Source of the DNA: Halobacteriales archaeon QS_9_67_17 | GTDB taxonomy: Archaea > Halobacteriota > Halobacteria > Halobacteriales > Haloarculaceae | DNA: 60,744 bases | Reading direction: 5' to 3' | Assembly: GCA_003023185.1 (NCBI GenBank) | Contig: PXSB01000050.1 | Location: forward strand, 1-60,744 | Part shown: in pieces, positions 18,861 through 27,518 of the stretch | How positions within the stretch are numbered: the first letter of the stretch is position 1 | Layout: each line of letters starts with the position of its first letter | Made by a program: the position numbers and the translations under genes | Notes under the pieces: model-generated | What the model saw: the letters and a program-made list of their open reading frames with translations, nothing else | Databases searched by the model: none | What the model was told of the DNA's origin: nothing

Positions 18861-19082
18861 TCACTCGTCGGCGTCGTTCACGTCCTCTGTGTCTCGTGTC
18901 GTCACCAGAAGCACCGCGAGACTCCCAGCAAAGAATCCAAGAAATCCGCCAAGTCCCCCACCGAAGATCTCGAGAAAACCACTGGCACTGCCGAGCATCA
19001 GTGTACCGAGTACGGTGCCAGCGACCCCACCAACGGCCGGAAAGACTATGAGGTCGAACAGCGCACTGACACCGTCGCTCAT
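18861..19082 (-). CDS. Small Gly-rich membrane protein
   Basis: Two Gly-rich TM helices and an acidic tail. Confidence 0.55.
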   Translation of the reverse strand: MSDGVSALFDLIVFPAVGGVAGTVLGTLMLGSASGFLEIFGGGLGGFLGFFAGSLAVLLVTTRDTEDVNDADE

Positions 19083-19178
19083 AGTTTCAGTTCTCCGACA
19101 AGCGAAAAGTAACTTTTGGCCAGCCGTCACGAGAGACGCCGAGGGTGGGATTCCGCTCACGCGTGGGGTCGCGAGAAG

Positions 19179-19263
19179 CGCCGAGGGTGAGATTTGAACT
19201 CACGTGTCCGTGAGGACAGCAGATTTCGAATCTGCCGCCTTGGCCGGGCTAGGCTACCTCGGC
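19179..19263 (-). tRNA. tRNA-Ser(CGA)
   Basis: GCCGAGG/CCTCGGC acceptor stem, anticodon arm GCAGA-TTCGAAA-TCTGC, long variable arm, T-loop TTCAAAT; CCA not encoded. Confidence 0.95.
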
Positions 19264-19402
19264 TGCACCCGAAATTCCGCCGGTGGCGGGTTTATGGGTT
19301 ACGGTATCGGGAACCGGCTGGTGCGGCCGCGACGACGCCGATCCACCCGCACCCGGTGGCCCGTCCACCCAAACCATCATAGTCGTAAAGTGTTACACTA
19401 GC

Positions 19403-20860
19403 ATGATGGCCCCGCAACGCTCTGATCGTGTCAGTACCGGGACTGATGGTCTCGACGGCGTTCTCAACGGCGGCTTCATCCGTGGGCAGACGGCCGTGGT
19501 GACCGGCGGCCCCGGGACCGGGAAGACAGTCCTCGCACTCCAGTTTCTCGCCGCGGGCGACAGCGGCCTCTACATCGGCTTCGAGGAGCGTGAGACGGAC
19601 ATCCGCGCGAACGCGGCGGCGCTCGGCATCGATCTCTCGGACGTAACCATCCTCGATCTGAGCGCGTCGGGCGAGCGGTTCTTCGAGGGCGAGGAGTACA
19701 CCATCTTCCCCCACGAAGAGGTGGAGGGCGAGGAGATGCTCGACGAGATCGCGGCGACAATCGACGGCGAGTCGCCGGAGCGGCTCGCTATCGACCCCCT
19801 CTCGGAGCTTCGGTCGCTCGTCCCCGACGACTACCGGTTTCGCCGCAACATCTCCTCGCTGTTCAACGAGCTGAAGGGCCGCGAGGTGACGACGCTGTGT
19901 ACCACTCAGTCGACCGCCGGCTCCGACCGCGACCTCCAGTTTCTCGGCGACCTGACCGTCGATATCAACCGGGAGACGAACCACCGGACGCTGGAGGTGA
20001 CGAAGTCCCGCGGCACCGACGCCGCGAGCGGCCGCCACAGCTACCGCATCCGTGGCGACACCGGCGGTCGAGTGTATCCGAAACTCGTCCCCGGCGACCA
20101 CGAGCGCGAACGCGGACAGGAGCGCGAACAGCTATCTGCCGGGGTCAGCGAGGTGGACGCGCTGTTGAAGGGCGGCATCGAGACGGGCTCGGTGACCGTC
20201 ATCTCCGGTCCCTCCGGCGCGGGGAAGACGACCCTCGGCTCGCTGTTCCTCCAGACGGCCGCCGCGTCCGACCGGACGGCGGCCGGGTTCCTCTTCGAGG
20301 AGCTGCTCGACGACTATCTCTATCGGTCGGACGCGCTCGGTCTCGACGTGACCGACCACTACGACGCAGGACGACTCGACCTCACCGAAGTCGAGTCGCT
20401 GACGCGCAGCACGGACGAGTTCGCACACGACATCCGACGGACCGTCGAGGAGGACAGCGTCGAGGTCGTCATGATCGACGGCATTCCGGGCTATCGGCTC
20501 TCGCTCCGGGGCGACGAGACGGAGGAGATGCTGACGCGCGAGCTTCACGCGCTGTGTCGCTACTGCAAGCGGATGGGCGTCAGCCTCATCCTCATCGACG
20601 AGGTGCGCAACGTCACCGGCGACCTCACGCCGACGGACCAACGGATCAGCTATCTCGCCGACAACATCGTCTTCCTCCGGTACATGGAGCACGGCGGCAG
20701 CGTCGAGAAGGTGATGGGCGTGCTCAAGAAGCGGTTCGGCGACTTCGAGCAGTCGTTGCGACGGCTGGAGATCGACGAGGGCGGCGTCCACGTCGGTGAA
20801 CGACTCTCCGGGATGCGGGGCGTGCTGACCGGAGTGCCCGAACAGGTCGACGAGGGCTAA
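19403..20860 (+). CDS. Double-domain KaiC-like ATPase
   Basis: Two RecA-like domains with GGPGTGKT and GPSGAGKT, FEE motifs, and ISYLADN. Confidence 0.9.
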   Translation: MMAPQRSDRVSTGTDGLDGVLNGGFIRGQTAVVTGGPGTGKTVLALQFLAAGDSGLYIGFEERETDIRANAAALGIDLSDVTILDLSASGERFFEGEEYTIFPHEEVEGEEMLDEIAATIDGESPERLAIDPLSELRSLVPDDYRFRRNISSLFNELKGREVTTLCTTQSTAGSDRDLQFLGDLTVDINRETNHRTLEVTKSRGTDAASGRHSYRIRGDTGGRVYPKLVPGDHERERGQEREQLSAGVSEVDALLKGGIETGSVTVISGPSGAGKTTLGSLFLQTAAASDRTAAGFLFEELLDDYLYRSDALGLDVTDHYDAGRLDLTEVESLTRSTDEFAHDIRRTVEEDSVEVVMIDGIPGYRLSLRGDETEEMLTRELHALCRYCKRMGVSLILIDEVRNVTGDLTPTDQRISYLADNIVFLRYMEHGGSVEKVMGVLKKRFGDFEQSLRRLEIDEGGVHVGERLSGMRGVLTGVPEQVDEG

Positions 20861-22656
20861 TGGCGGACGCTCGCGACGAGTCGGTCGAGCGAGAGATCGA
20901 CGACGACGACGCTACGCTCTCCGTCGCACTCGGCTTCGAGAGCGCCCGCAACCGCGAACTGCTCGCCGGACTGCTGGAGCGGTACGACGTGGTCACGGCC
21001 GAGCAGACGGTGCCGGACGGCACCGATATCTGTATTGTCGACGCGGGCGGGTTCGAGCGGCTGCGCGAGCCGCTCGCGGCGTGGCGACGCGAGGAACGGC
21101 CGACCGCCGCACCGGCTCTGCTCGTGTCGAGCGGCGACGAGAACGAGCTGTGGAACCGCTACGCCGACGTGATAGGCGAATCCATCGACGGGGTCCAGCC
21201 CGTCCCCGCGCCGAAGCGCGCGATCCGGTCGCGGATCAGTGGGTTCGCCGCGCTCCGTCGCTACTCCGAGCGGGCGAGCGACCAGCAGGACCAGTTGGAG
21301 CTGTACGGCCGCGCGATGGACGACGCACAGGTCGGCATCACCATCGCTGACGCCACCGCCGAGGAACTCCCGCTCGTCTACGTCAACGAGCAGTTCTGCC
21401 GGCTGACCGGCTACAGCCGCGAGGAGGTGCTCGGTCGCGGCTGTCAGTTCCTCCAAGGTCCGGAGACGGACGAGTCGAAGCGTCAGCAGTTCCGCGACGC
21501 CTTCGCCGTCGAGGAGCCGGTGACGGTCGAACTCGTCAACTACCGAAAGGACGGCGAACAGTTCTGGAACGAGGTGGAGGTGCTTCCCGTCTACGAGGAC
21601 GGGTCGGTCACCCACTACATCGGCTTCCAGCGAGACGTGACCGAGCGGCGCGAGCGGGAGACCCAACTCGAAGCGTACGAACACATCATCCAGACGGTCA
21701 CCGACCCCGTCCTCGTGCTCGACACGGAGGGACACGTGACGTACACCAACGGGACGGCACAGGAGACGTTCGGCCCCGTGCCCAACAGGACTACGTTCGC
21801 CGACCTGTTCGACGACGATGGGGCGGCCGCCGTCGAGGACGCGCTGTCCACACTCCGCGAGTTGGGCGAGGAGCAGACCCGCGAGCTGTCGCTGTTCGGG
21901 TCGACCGGCGGCGCCGCCACCTATCAGGTCCGGTTTCAGCTGGCGTCCTTCGGCGGCGAAGAGCAGGTCATCGTCGTCGCACGCGACATCACGGACATCC
22001 GTCGCCACCAGAACCGACTGGCCGTGCTCGACCGAGTGTTGCGCCACAACCTCCGCAACAAGCTGAATATCGTCGCCGGACACGCACAGACGCTCACGGC
22101 ACAGAGCCCCGAGGGCGAGCGGGTCAGCGATGCCGCCGAGTCGATCGAAACCGCGACCGGGAGCCTGCTCGATATCGTCAACGCCATCCGCGAGTTCGAT
22201 GTCAGACCCGACGAGGCGTCGGCCGTCGAGCGAGACGTGGCGGCGTTCGTCCGCGAGTGTGAACCGGAGTTGCGGACGGAGTATCCGTCGGTCGAGTTGA
22301 CGACGGACCTCCCCGAGACGGCGCGAGCGCGGTGTCCCGCACAGCTTCGCTTCTGTCTGGACGAACTCGTCGGGAGTGCCGTCGAGCGGGCGAACGAACC
22401 CCCGACCATCTGGCTCACCGTGACGGCGGGCGTCGAGACCGTGACGCTACGCGTGCGCAGCGACGGCGAGCCGCTCCCCGACGTCGAGCAACGGGCGCTG
22501 GCGGCCGGCACGGAGACGCAGCTCGAACACACGCAGGGCGTCGGTATCTGGCTGACGCAGTGGGCCGTCGAGGCGGTCGGCGGCGGACTCCGGGTCGAGC
22601 AGGGCGACGACGGAACGACCGTCGCGCTCACGTTCCCGGCACACAGTCGAAGCTGA
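20860..22656 (+). CDS. LOV/PAS sensor histidine kinase-like protein
   Basis: YVNEQFCRLTGYSREEVLGRGCQFLQGPETD...NYRKDG..FWN (LOV), a second PAS, H-box RHNLRN; TAATG coupling to the KaiC-like gene. Confidence 0.88.
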   Translation: MADARDESVEREIDDDDATLSVALGFESARNRELLAGLLERYDVVTAEQTVPDGTDICIVDAGGFERLREPLAAWRREERPTAAPALLVSSGDENELWNRYADVIGESIDGVQPVPAPKRAIRSRISGFAALRRYSERASDQQDQLELYGRAMDDAQVGITIADATAEELPLVYVNEQFCRLTGYSREEVLGRGCQFLQGPETDESKRQQFRDAFAVEEPVTVELVNYRKDGEQFWNEVEVLPVYEDGSVTHYIGFQRDVTERRERETQLEAYEHIIQTVTDPVLVLDTEGHVTYTNGTAQETFGPVPNRTTFADLFDDDGAAAVEDALSTLRELGEEQTRELSLFGSTGGAATYQVRFQLASFGGEEQVIVVARDITDIRRHQNRLAVLDRVLRHNLRNKLNIVAGHAQTLTAQSPEGERVSDAAESIETATGSLLDIVNAIREFDVRPDEASAVERDVAAFVRECEPELRTEYPSVELTTDLPETARARCPAQLRFCLDELVGSAVERANEPPTIWLTVTAGVETVTLRVRSDGEPLPDVEQRALAAGTETQLEHTQGVGIWLTQWAVEAVGGGLRVEQGDDGTTVALTFPAHSRS

Positions 22657-22703
22657 GGCGAACGACGCACTCGAACACCGGGAGCGTCGACGGACGAATC
22701 GCC

Positions 22704-23243
22704 TCAGCCGTCGTCCTTGGCGTACGCCTCCAGTCCTCGTACCGCCGGTCGAAGATACGAGTCGCGGTATGAGTCGAGGTCGTTCTCCAGCAGGTCGAAC
22801 CGCTTGAACGTCATCGCGCTCACGATGTCGCGGAACTCGGCGAGCGAGAGATCACCGAGCGTGCCGCTGGTGCCCGGTGGACAGTCGCCCGGGCGGAGCG
22901 GCAACATCAGGAAGGTGTCGTCGGCCGCGTCCGCGTCGCCGGTGTAGAACAGCCGGGCCACACTGCCGTCGTCGTTCGGCTCGTGAACGGAGACAACGGT
23001 GGCCTCGTCGACGAGCGGCCCTTCCCCGACGTCGACCCCGAGGCCGAGGACGGCGATGACAAAGTCCGCGTCCGGGTCGACCGCTCGGAGCGTGTCGAGG
23101 GCGTCACCGAAGCGGGAAGCGAACGCCTCCTCGGAGAGGTCTTGGATGTCGTTGTAGAGGGTGCCGACGGTGCGGAGATCATCCGAGAGCGCGTCCGCGG
23201 TGTCCTCGGGGAGGTCGTGTGAGAGGGCGAGCCGTTCGGTCAC
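22704..23243 (-). CDS. Acidic hypothetical protein
   Basis: Acidic haloarchaeal composition; fills the intergenic space. Confidence 0.65.
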   Translation of the reverse strand: MTERLALSHDLPEDTADALSDDLRTVGTLYNDIQDLSEEAFASRFGDALDTLRAVDPDADFVIAVLGLGVDVGEGPLVDEATVVSVHEPNDDGSVARLFYTGDADAADDTFLMLPLRPGDCPPGTSGTLGDLSLAEFRDIVSAMTFKRFDLLENDLDSYRDSYLRPAVRGLEAYAKDDG

Positions 23244-23285
23244 GCGCCTGTTTGACGGGCGACGGGCAAAAGCCCTCGCGCCGCG

Positions 23286-23894
23286 TCAGGTGCCGCGTCC
23301 GGCCGTCGCGTCGGGCAGGTCGTACGGCTCGACCGGGAGGTCGAGGGCGTCGAGCGCGGCTTCGAGATGGTCGTTGGAGACGAACTCCGCGCCGGCCTCG
23401 ACACGGGCGGCCTGTGCGTGGGCGTACACCTCGCCGCGGCGCTCGTCCGGGATGTCGTACTTGTCGGCCGCCAACTCGATAGTGAGACCGTTGTGGTCCT
23501 CGGTGTACAGCGAGTGGAACGCGCCGCGGTCGTACTCGTTGACAGCGTGGCCCGCAGACAACAGCCGGTCGCGAATCTCGGGCAGTTCGTCGGGCGTGAT
23601 GCGGAGGGCAAGGTGGTGAACCGCGCCGACGCCGGGGTCCTGCTCGTCGGCCGAGGCGCGCTCCTCGTCGACGAAGAACGTCACCATGCGGCCGTCGCCA
23701 GCGTCGAAGAACAGGTGTTCGACCTCTGGCCGGTCGAGGTTCGGCTGGCGAATCACCAGCGGCAACCCCAGCACGTCGCGGTAGAACTCGATTGTGTCCT
23801 CGGCGTTGCTTCCGATGAGGGTGACGTGGTCCCAGCCGGCTGTCTGGAGGACGCTGTCGGGGCGGGCCGCGCTCACCGCGTTATCATCCGTCAT
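23286..23894 (-). CDS. VOC/glyoxalase family protein
   Basis: DHVTL..FYRDVLG, HLFF, HHLAL and SLYTEDHNGLTIEL motifs. Confidence 0.9.
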   Translation of the reverse strand: MTDDNAVSAARPDSVLQTAGWDHVTLIGSNAEDTIEFYRDVLGLPLVIRQPNLDRPEVEHLFFDAGDGRMVTFFVDEERASADEQDPGVGAVHHLALRITPDELPEIRDRLLSAGHAVNEYDRGAFHSLYTEDHNGLTIELAADKYDIPDERRGEVYAHAQAARVEAGAEFVSNDHLEAALDALDLPVEPYDLPDATAGRGT

Positions 23895-24005
23895 GTCACT
23901 TCGTACGGGTTGCCGGGGCAAGTAGTCTCGGCAACTGCCGCGTCAGGCGGTGACACGAGTGTCACCGGTGACACGGTTTTTTCGGCGGGCGGCCGAACGC
24001 GGGGT

Positions 24006-25208
24006 ATGGACCTGCCGACACCGTTCCGATTCGACTACGAACCCGGCGTCGTACGCTTCGGCGACGGCTGTGTCGATGCGCTCGCCGAGGAGTTCGCGAA
24101 GCAGGGGATCGACCGCGCGCTCGTCTGCTGTGGCGAGAGCGTCGGAAGCTCGCCGGTCCGCGAGGCGGTCGAAGACGGCCTCGGCGACCGCCACGCGGCC
24201 ACCTTCGCCGGGACGGGCGCCCAGAAGGCGCTCGTCGAAGCCGCCGGGGCCAGAGAGGCGTTTCACGACCACGACGCGGATATCTTCCTCGCAGTCGGCG
24301 GCGGCTCCGCGCTCGACGTGGCGAAGGCCGCGGCCGTCCTGACGGCGAGCGACCAACCGGTCGCCGGGGCGGCCACCGATGTCGCCGCAACTGGCACGCT
24401 CGACATCCCGGCAGGCAACCTCCCGCCCATCGCGGCCGTGCCGACGACGCTGGCGGGCGCGGACCTGTCACAGGTCGCCGGTCTCACCGCCACCCCCGAG
24501 TCGGGGGGCGTCGAGGAGACCGTCGGCGGGGGCATCTCCGACCCGCGGCTCATGCCGACGGCGCTCTTCTACGACCCGGCGCTGTTTGAGCACACGCCTG
24601 CCGGCGTGCTCGCCGCGTCGGCGATGAACGGCTTCGACAAGGCCGTCGAGACGCTGTACGCCGCAAACGCGACGGCTATCTCGGACGCGACGGCGATCCA
24701 CGCGCTCCGGCTGTGCCGCGACGCGCTCCCGGAACTCGGTGGTGGCACGAGCGACCGCGACGCGCTCCGCGATGCCGTCACCGGGATCATGCTCGCACAG
24801 TACGGGGCATCGCGGCCGGACGGCTCGACGCTCTCCCTCGTCCACGCCTTCGGGCACGGTCTGACCGCCGTGAGCGACATCCAGCAGGGCGCGGCCCACG
24901 GCGCGATTGCGCCACACGCCCTTGAGTATCTGTTCGAGCAGACGGACGGTCGCCGCGATCTGCTCGCGGAAGGGTTCGGCATCGAGGCGGACACGCCCGA
25001 CGAGGCGGCCGCGGGCGTGGTCGACGCGGTGGCGACGATCCGCGACGGTCTCGGTCTCCCGACGCAGCTGCGCGACACCGTCGTCCCGGAGGACAGCCTC
25101 GACCGCGCAGCCGAGATCACCCACGAGGACGCGTTCATGGCGAACGCGCCCGAGGGGCTGGACGCGACCGAGGCGGAACTCCGCGCGGTGCTCGACCGCG
25201 CGTGGTGA
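24006..25208 (+). CDS. Iron-containing alcohol dehydrogenase family protein
   Basis: AVGGGSALDVAK, VPTTLAG, HAFGH and HG motifs. Confidence 0.9.
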   Translation: MDLPTPFRFDYEPGVVRFGDGCVDALAEEFAKQGIDRALVCCGESVGSSPVREAVEDGLGDRHAATFAGTGAQKALVEAAGAREAFHDHDADIFLAVGGGSALDVAKAAAVLTASDQPVAGAATDVAATGTLDIPAGNLPPIAAVPTTLAGADLSQVAGLTATPESGGVEETVGGGISDPRLMPTALFYDPALFEHTPAGVLAASAMNGFDKAVETLYAANATAISDATAIHALRLCRDALPELGGGTSDRDALRDAVTGIMLAQYGASRPDGSTLSLVHAFGHGLTAVSDIQQGAAHGAIAPHALEYLFEQTDGRRDLLAEGFGIEADTPDEAAAGVVDAVATIRDGLGLPTQLRDTVVPEDSLDRAAEITHEDAFMANAPEGLDATEAELRAVLDRAW

Positions 25209-25301
25209 CGCGAGCGTAGCGCCGAAACGCCGTGAGGGAACCCCACTCCGGCGCGACCGGCTACCCAGAACGGTCATGTTCGCGGCCGCGCAACCCGGAC
25301 C

Positions 25302-26231
25302 GTGAGCGAAGAGGACCTGCGCGAGGCGGCCGACGCCCTCCGTGGCTCCGTCGTCGTCGCAGGCTGTGGGGAGGTGGGCCGGGAAGCCGCCGCGCAGGTG
25401 GCCGTCGAGGGCGTCGTGGCGCGGGCCGACGACGTAGTTCCCGACGACGCGCGGGCGGCGTTCGTCGGTGTCGACCTCGCGGACCCGTCGCCGGCGGTGG
25501 CGCTGGCCCGCAGGTGTGCGGCCGCAGACACGCTCGCGGTGCTGGTCGCGGCAGTCGACCCGCGACCGACGGCGGAGGCGCGCACGGCGCTCGCCACGCT
25601 CCGCGAGGCCGCGGACGCGGTGGTGCTCTCGGCCGGCGAGGAACCCGTCGCGGGGACGGCCGCCGGCCTTCGGACACTCGTACGGTTGATCGCCGGGTCC
25701 GACGACGTGAACGTGGACCTCGCGGACGCGGAGACGGTGGTGGCGACGGGCGGTTTCGCGGCGGTCGGCGCGGCGACCGACCCCGATCCGGCGGCGGCGA
25801 TGACGGCCGCGGTCGACGCCTGCGGGCCGGTATCGCTCACGCGAGCGAGCGGCGCGCTCGTCCACCTCGAAGGCGAGCGGGAACTCTCCGTGCAGGCGGC
25901 CGGCGACGCGGTCGCTGCCGTCCGCGACCGACTCGTCGACGGGAGTCACGTCATCTGGGGCGCGGACACGGACGCCGACGAACACCGCGAGGGGAGGGCA
26001 CACGACGGCGAGGTGACGGCCCGGGTCGTGCTCGCGGGCGTCGTTCCGGTCCGGCCGCCTGCGGAGGCCGGCGACCCCTGCCCGCGGTGTGGCGCGGCGC
26101 TCGTCGGCTACCGGATGGGTGACCGCGAGACGGTCGCCTGTGACGGGTGTGGCTTCGCGGACGTAACGACGCCGCTGGGTGGCGACCCGCTCGTGCCGGG
26201 CGAGGACTACGGGTCCGGCTCCGGGTCGTAA
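25302..26231 (+). CDS. Degenerate FtsZ/tubulin-like protein with a C-terminal Zn ribbon
   Basis: VVVAGCGEVG, LREAADAVV, T7-like NVDLAD, GALVHLEG, VIWGA, VVLAGV; then CPRC...CDGC; no GGGTG signature. Confidence 0.7.
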   Translation: MSEEDLREAADALRGSVVVAGCGEVGREAAAQVAVEGVVARADDVVPDDARAAFVGVDLADPSPAVALARRCAAADTLAVLVAAVDPRPTAEARTALATLREAADAVVLSAGEEPVAGTAAGLRTLVRLIAGSDDVNVDLADAETVVATGGFAAVGAATDPDPAAAMTAAVDACGPVSLTRASGALVHLEGERELSVQAAGDAVAAVRDRLVDGSHVIWGADTDADEHREGRAHDGEVTARVVLAGVVPVRPPAEAGDPCPRCGAALVGYRMGDRETVACDGCGFADVTTPLGGDPLVPGEDYGSGSGS

Positions 26232-27109
26232 TCCGGGCCGACGCGCAGGGAGAGCGTCTGCGGCCGACACCGCAGGCGGAGCGACTCGTGGGTGGCGAGT
26301 TCGCCGTCGCGAGAGAAGGTGATCGGTTCGGGGCCGGAGACGGTGAGTTCGCTCGCCCGGAGGTGGGTGACGCCGTCCGTCTCCTGTCCGAGCAGGCGGT
26401 GCCCGATGGCCTCCGCGACGAGCGAGCCGGTCGGCATGTGTTCGACGACGGCCACGTCGAAGTAGCCGTCCTCCATGTTCGCCTGTCCCCCCGCCTCGAT
26501 GAACTTCCGGGCGTTGCCGACGAGCACGCAGGTGGCCTCGCCATGCCACGTCTCGGTGCCGTCCGCGACGGTCGCGTCGAGTTCGATCTCGATCCCCTCG
26601 AAGTCGACCGCCTCCTGTGCGCCGGTGATGACGAACGCGAACGTGCCGTACTGCTCCTTCAGGTCGCCGGAGGCCGCGAGGCTGGCGTCGGCGGGAAACC
26701 CGGCGATACAAGAGACGGCGAACGGCTCGCCGTCGGCGACGCCCACGTCGACCTCACGCACGTCGCCGCTGTCAGCCATCTCCGCGCCGTGGCGGACATC
26801 CTCGATGCCGAGGTTCTCCGCGAGGATGTTCGCGGTCCCGCAGGGGACGACGCCGACGGTCGTGTCGGCGAGGCTGTCGGCGGCCGCCAGCCCGCGCAAC
26901 ACCTCGTTGACCGTGCCGTCGCCGCCACACACCGCGAGCTCGGAGACGCCGCGCTCGCCGGCCTCGCGGCCGAGACGGAGCGCGTCGCCCGCGTCCTCCG
27001 TCCGGTCGACGGCGAAGCCGCGCGCCTCCAGCAGTCGCGTGACGTAGTCGGCGTGGTCGCCGGTCCCGCTGGCCGGATTGAGAATCGCGCGGCGCGAACC
27101 GATCTGCAT
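26207..27109 (-). CDS. Diacylglycerol kinase family (YegS/BmrU) lipid kinase
   Basis: ILNPASG, GGDGTVNEV, PCGTAN and DGE motifs. Confidence 0.92.
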   Translation of the reverse strand: MQIGSRRAILNPASGTGDHADYVTRLLEARGFAVDRTEDAGDALRLGREAGERGVSELAVCGGDGTVNEVLRGLAAADSLADTTVGVVPCGTANILAENLGIEDVRHGAEMADSGDVREVDVGVADGEPFAVSCIAGFPADASLAASGDLKEQYGTFAFVITGAQEAVDFEGIEIELDATVADGTETWHGEATCVLVGNARKFIEAGGQANMEDGYFDVAVVEHMPTGSLVAEAIGHRLLGQETDGVTHLRASELTVSGPEPITFSRDGELATHESLRLRCRPQTLSLRVGPDYDPEPDP

Positions 27110-27187
27110 GGTCGACAGAAGGAAACGGGGGAACTTAATTCACGCCGGCACCCGCGCGACAGTCACGCCGCAAACTCCCGCCGACTG

Positions 27188-27405
27188 AACGGTGTTCAGA
27201 TACGGAGGTCGTCGCTCGGCCAAATAACCGAGTCGGGTAGGACTGAAAGGGGCCGGTCGGTACGGGAAGCCCGGTGACGCAAGCACCGCAGCCCGACCAA
27301 CGGGAGGGCGAGGCGCGCAGCGAGCCGCGCGACCGTCCCGACCGGGGGCTTTCTACACCTCGTTGGTCTCCCACTCTCCGGAGTCACCCTTGTCTGAACA
27401 CTACC
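27188..27405 (-). mobile_element. MITE copy 2
   Basis: Ends AACGGTGTTCAGATAC / CTTGTCTGAACACTACC; core GGACTGAAAGGGGCCGG...CCGGGGGCTTTCTACAC. Confidence 0.85.
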
Positions 27406-27438
27406 AGACGGCGGCGAAAGCGTGGTCGAGACGTTCAC

Positions 27439-27471
27439 CATCTCCGGAGTCACTCTTAGCTAAACACTACC
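27439..27471 (-). repeat. Solo duplicated MITE end
   Basis: TCTCCGGAGTCACTCTTAGCTAAACACTACC repeats the end of copy 2 (27375-27405). Confidence 0.7.
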
Positions 27472-27518
27472 GACGGCCTCGTACCACCATTTATTTTCGC
27501 GGAGCCGGATTCACGGGT

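Noticed and set aside
27196-27518. Short ORFs and N-terminal extensions sharing GLSTPR / CRKPP peptides (also near 2960, 29237, 40541, 44031, 54388, 57762)
   Set aside because: These are translations of the MITE, not a protein family.
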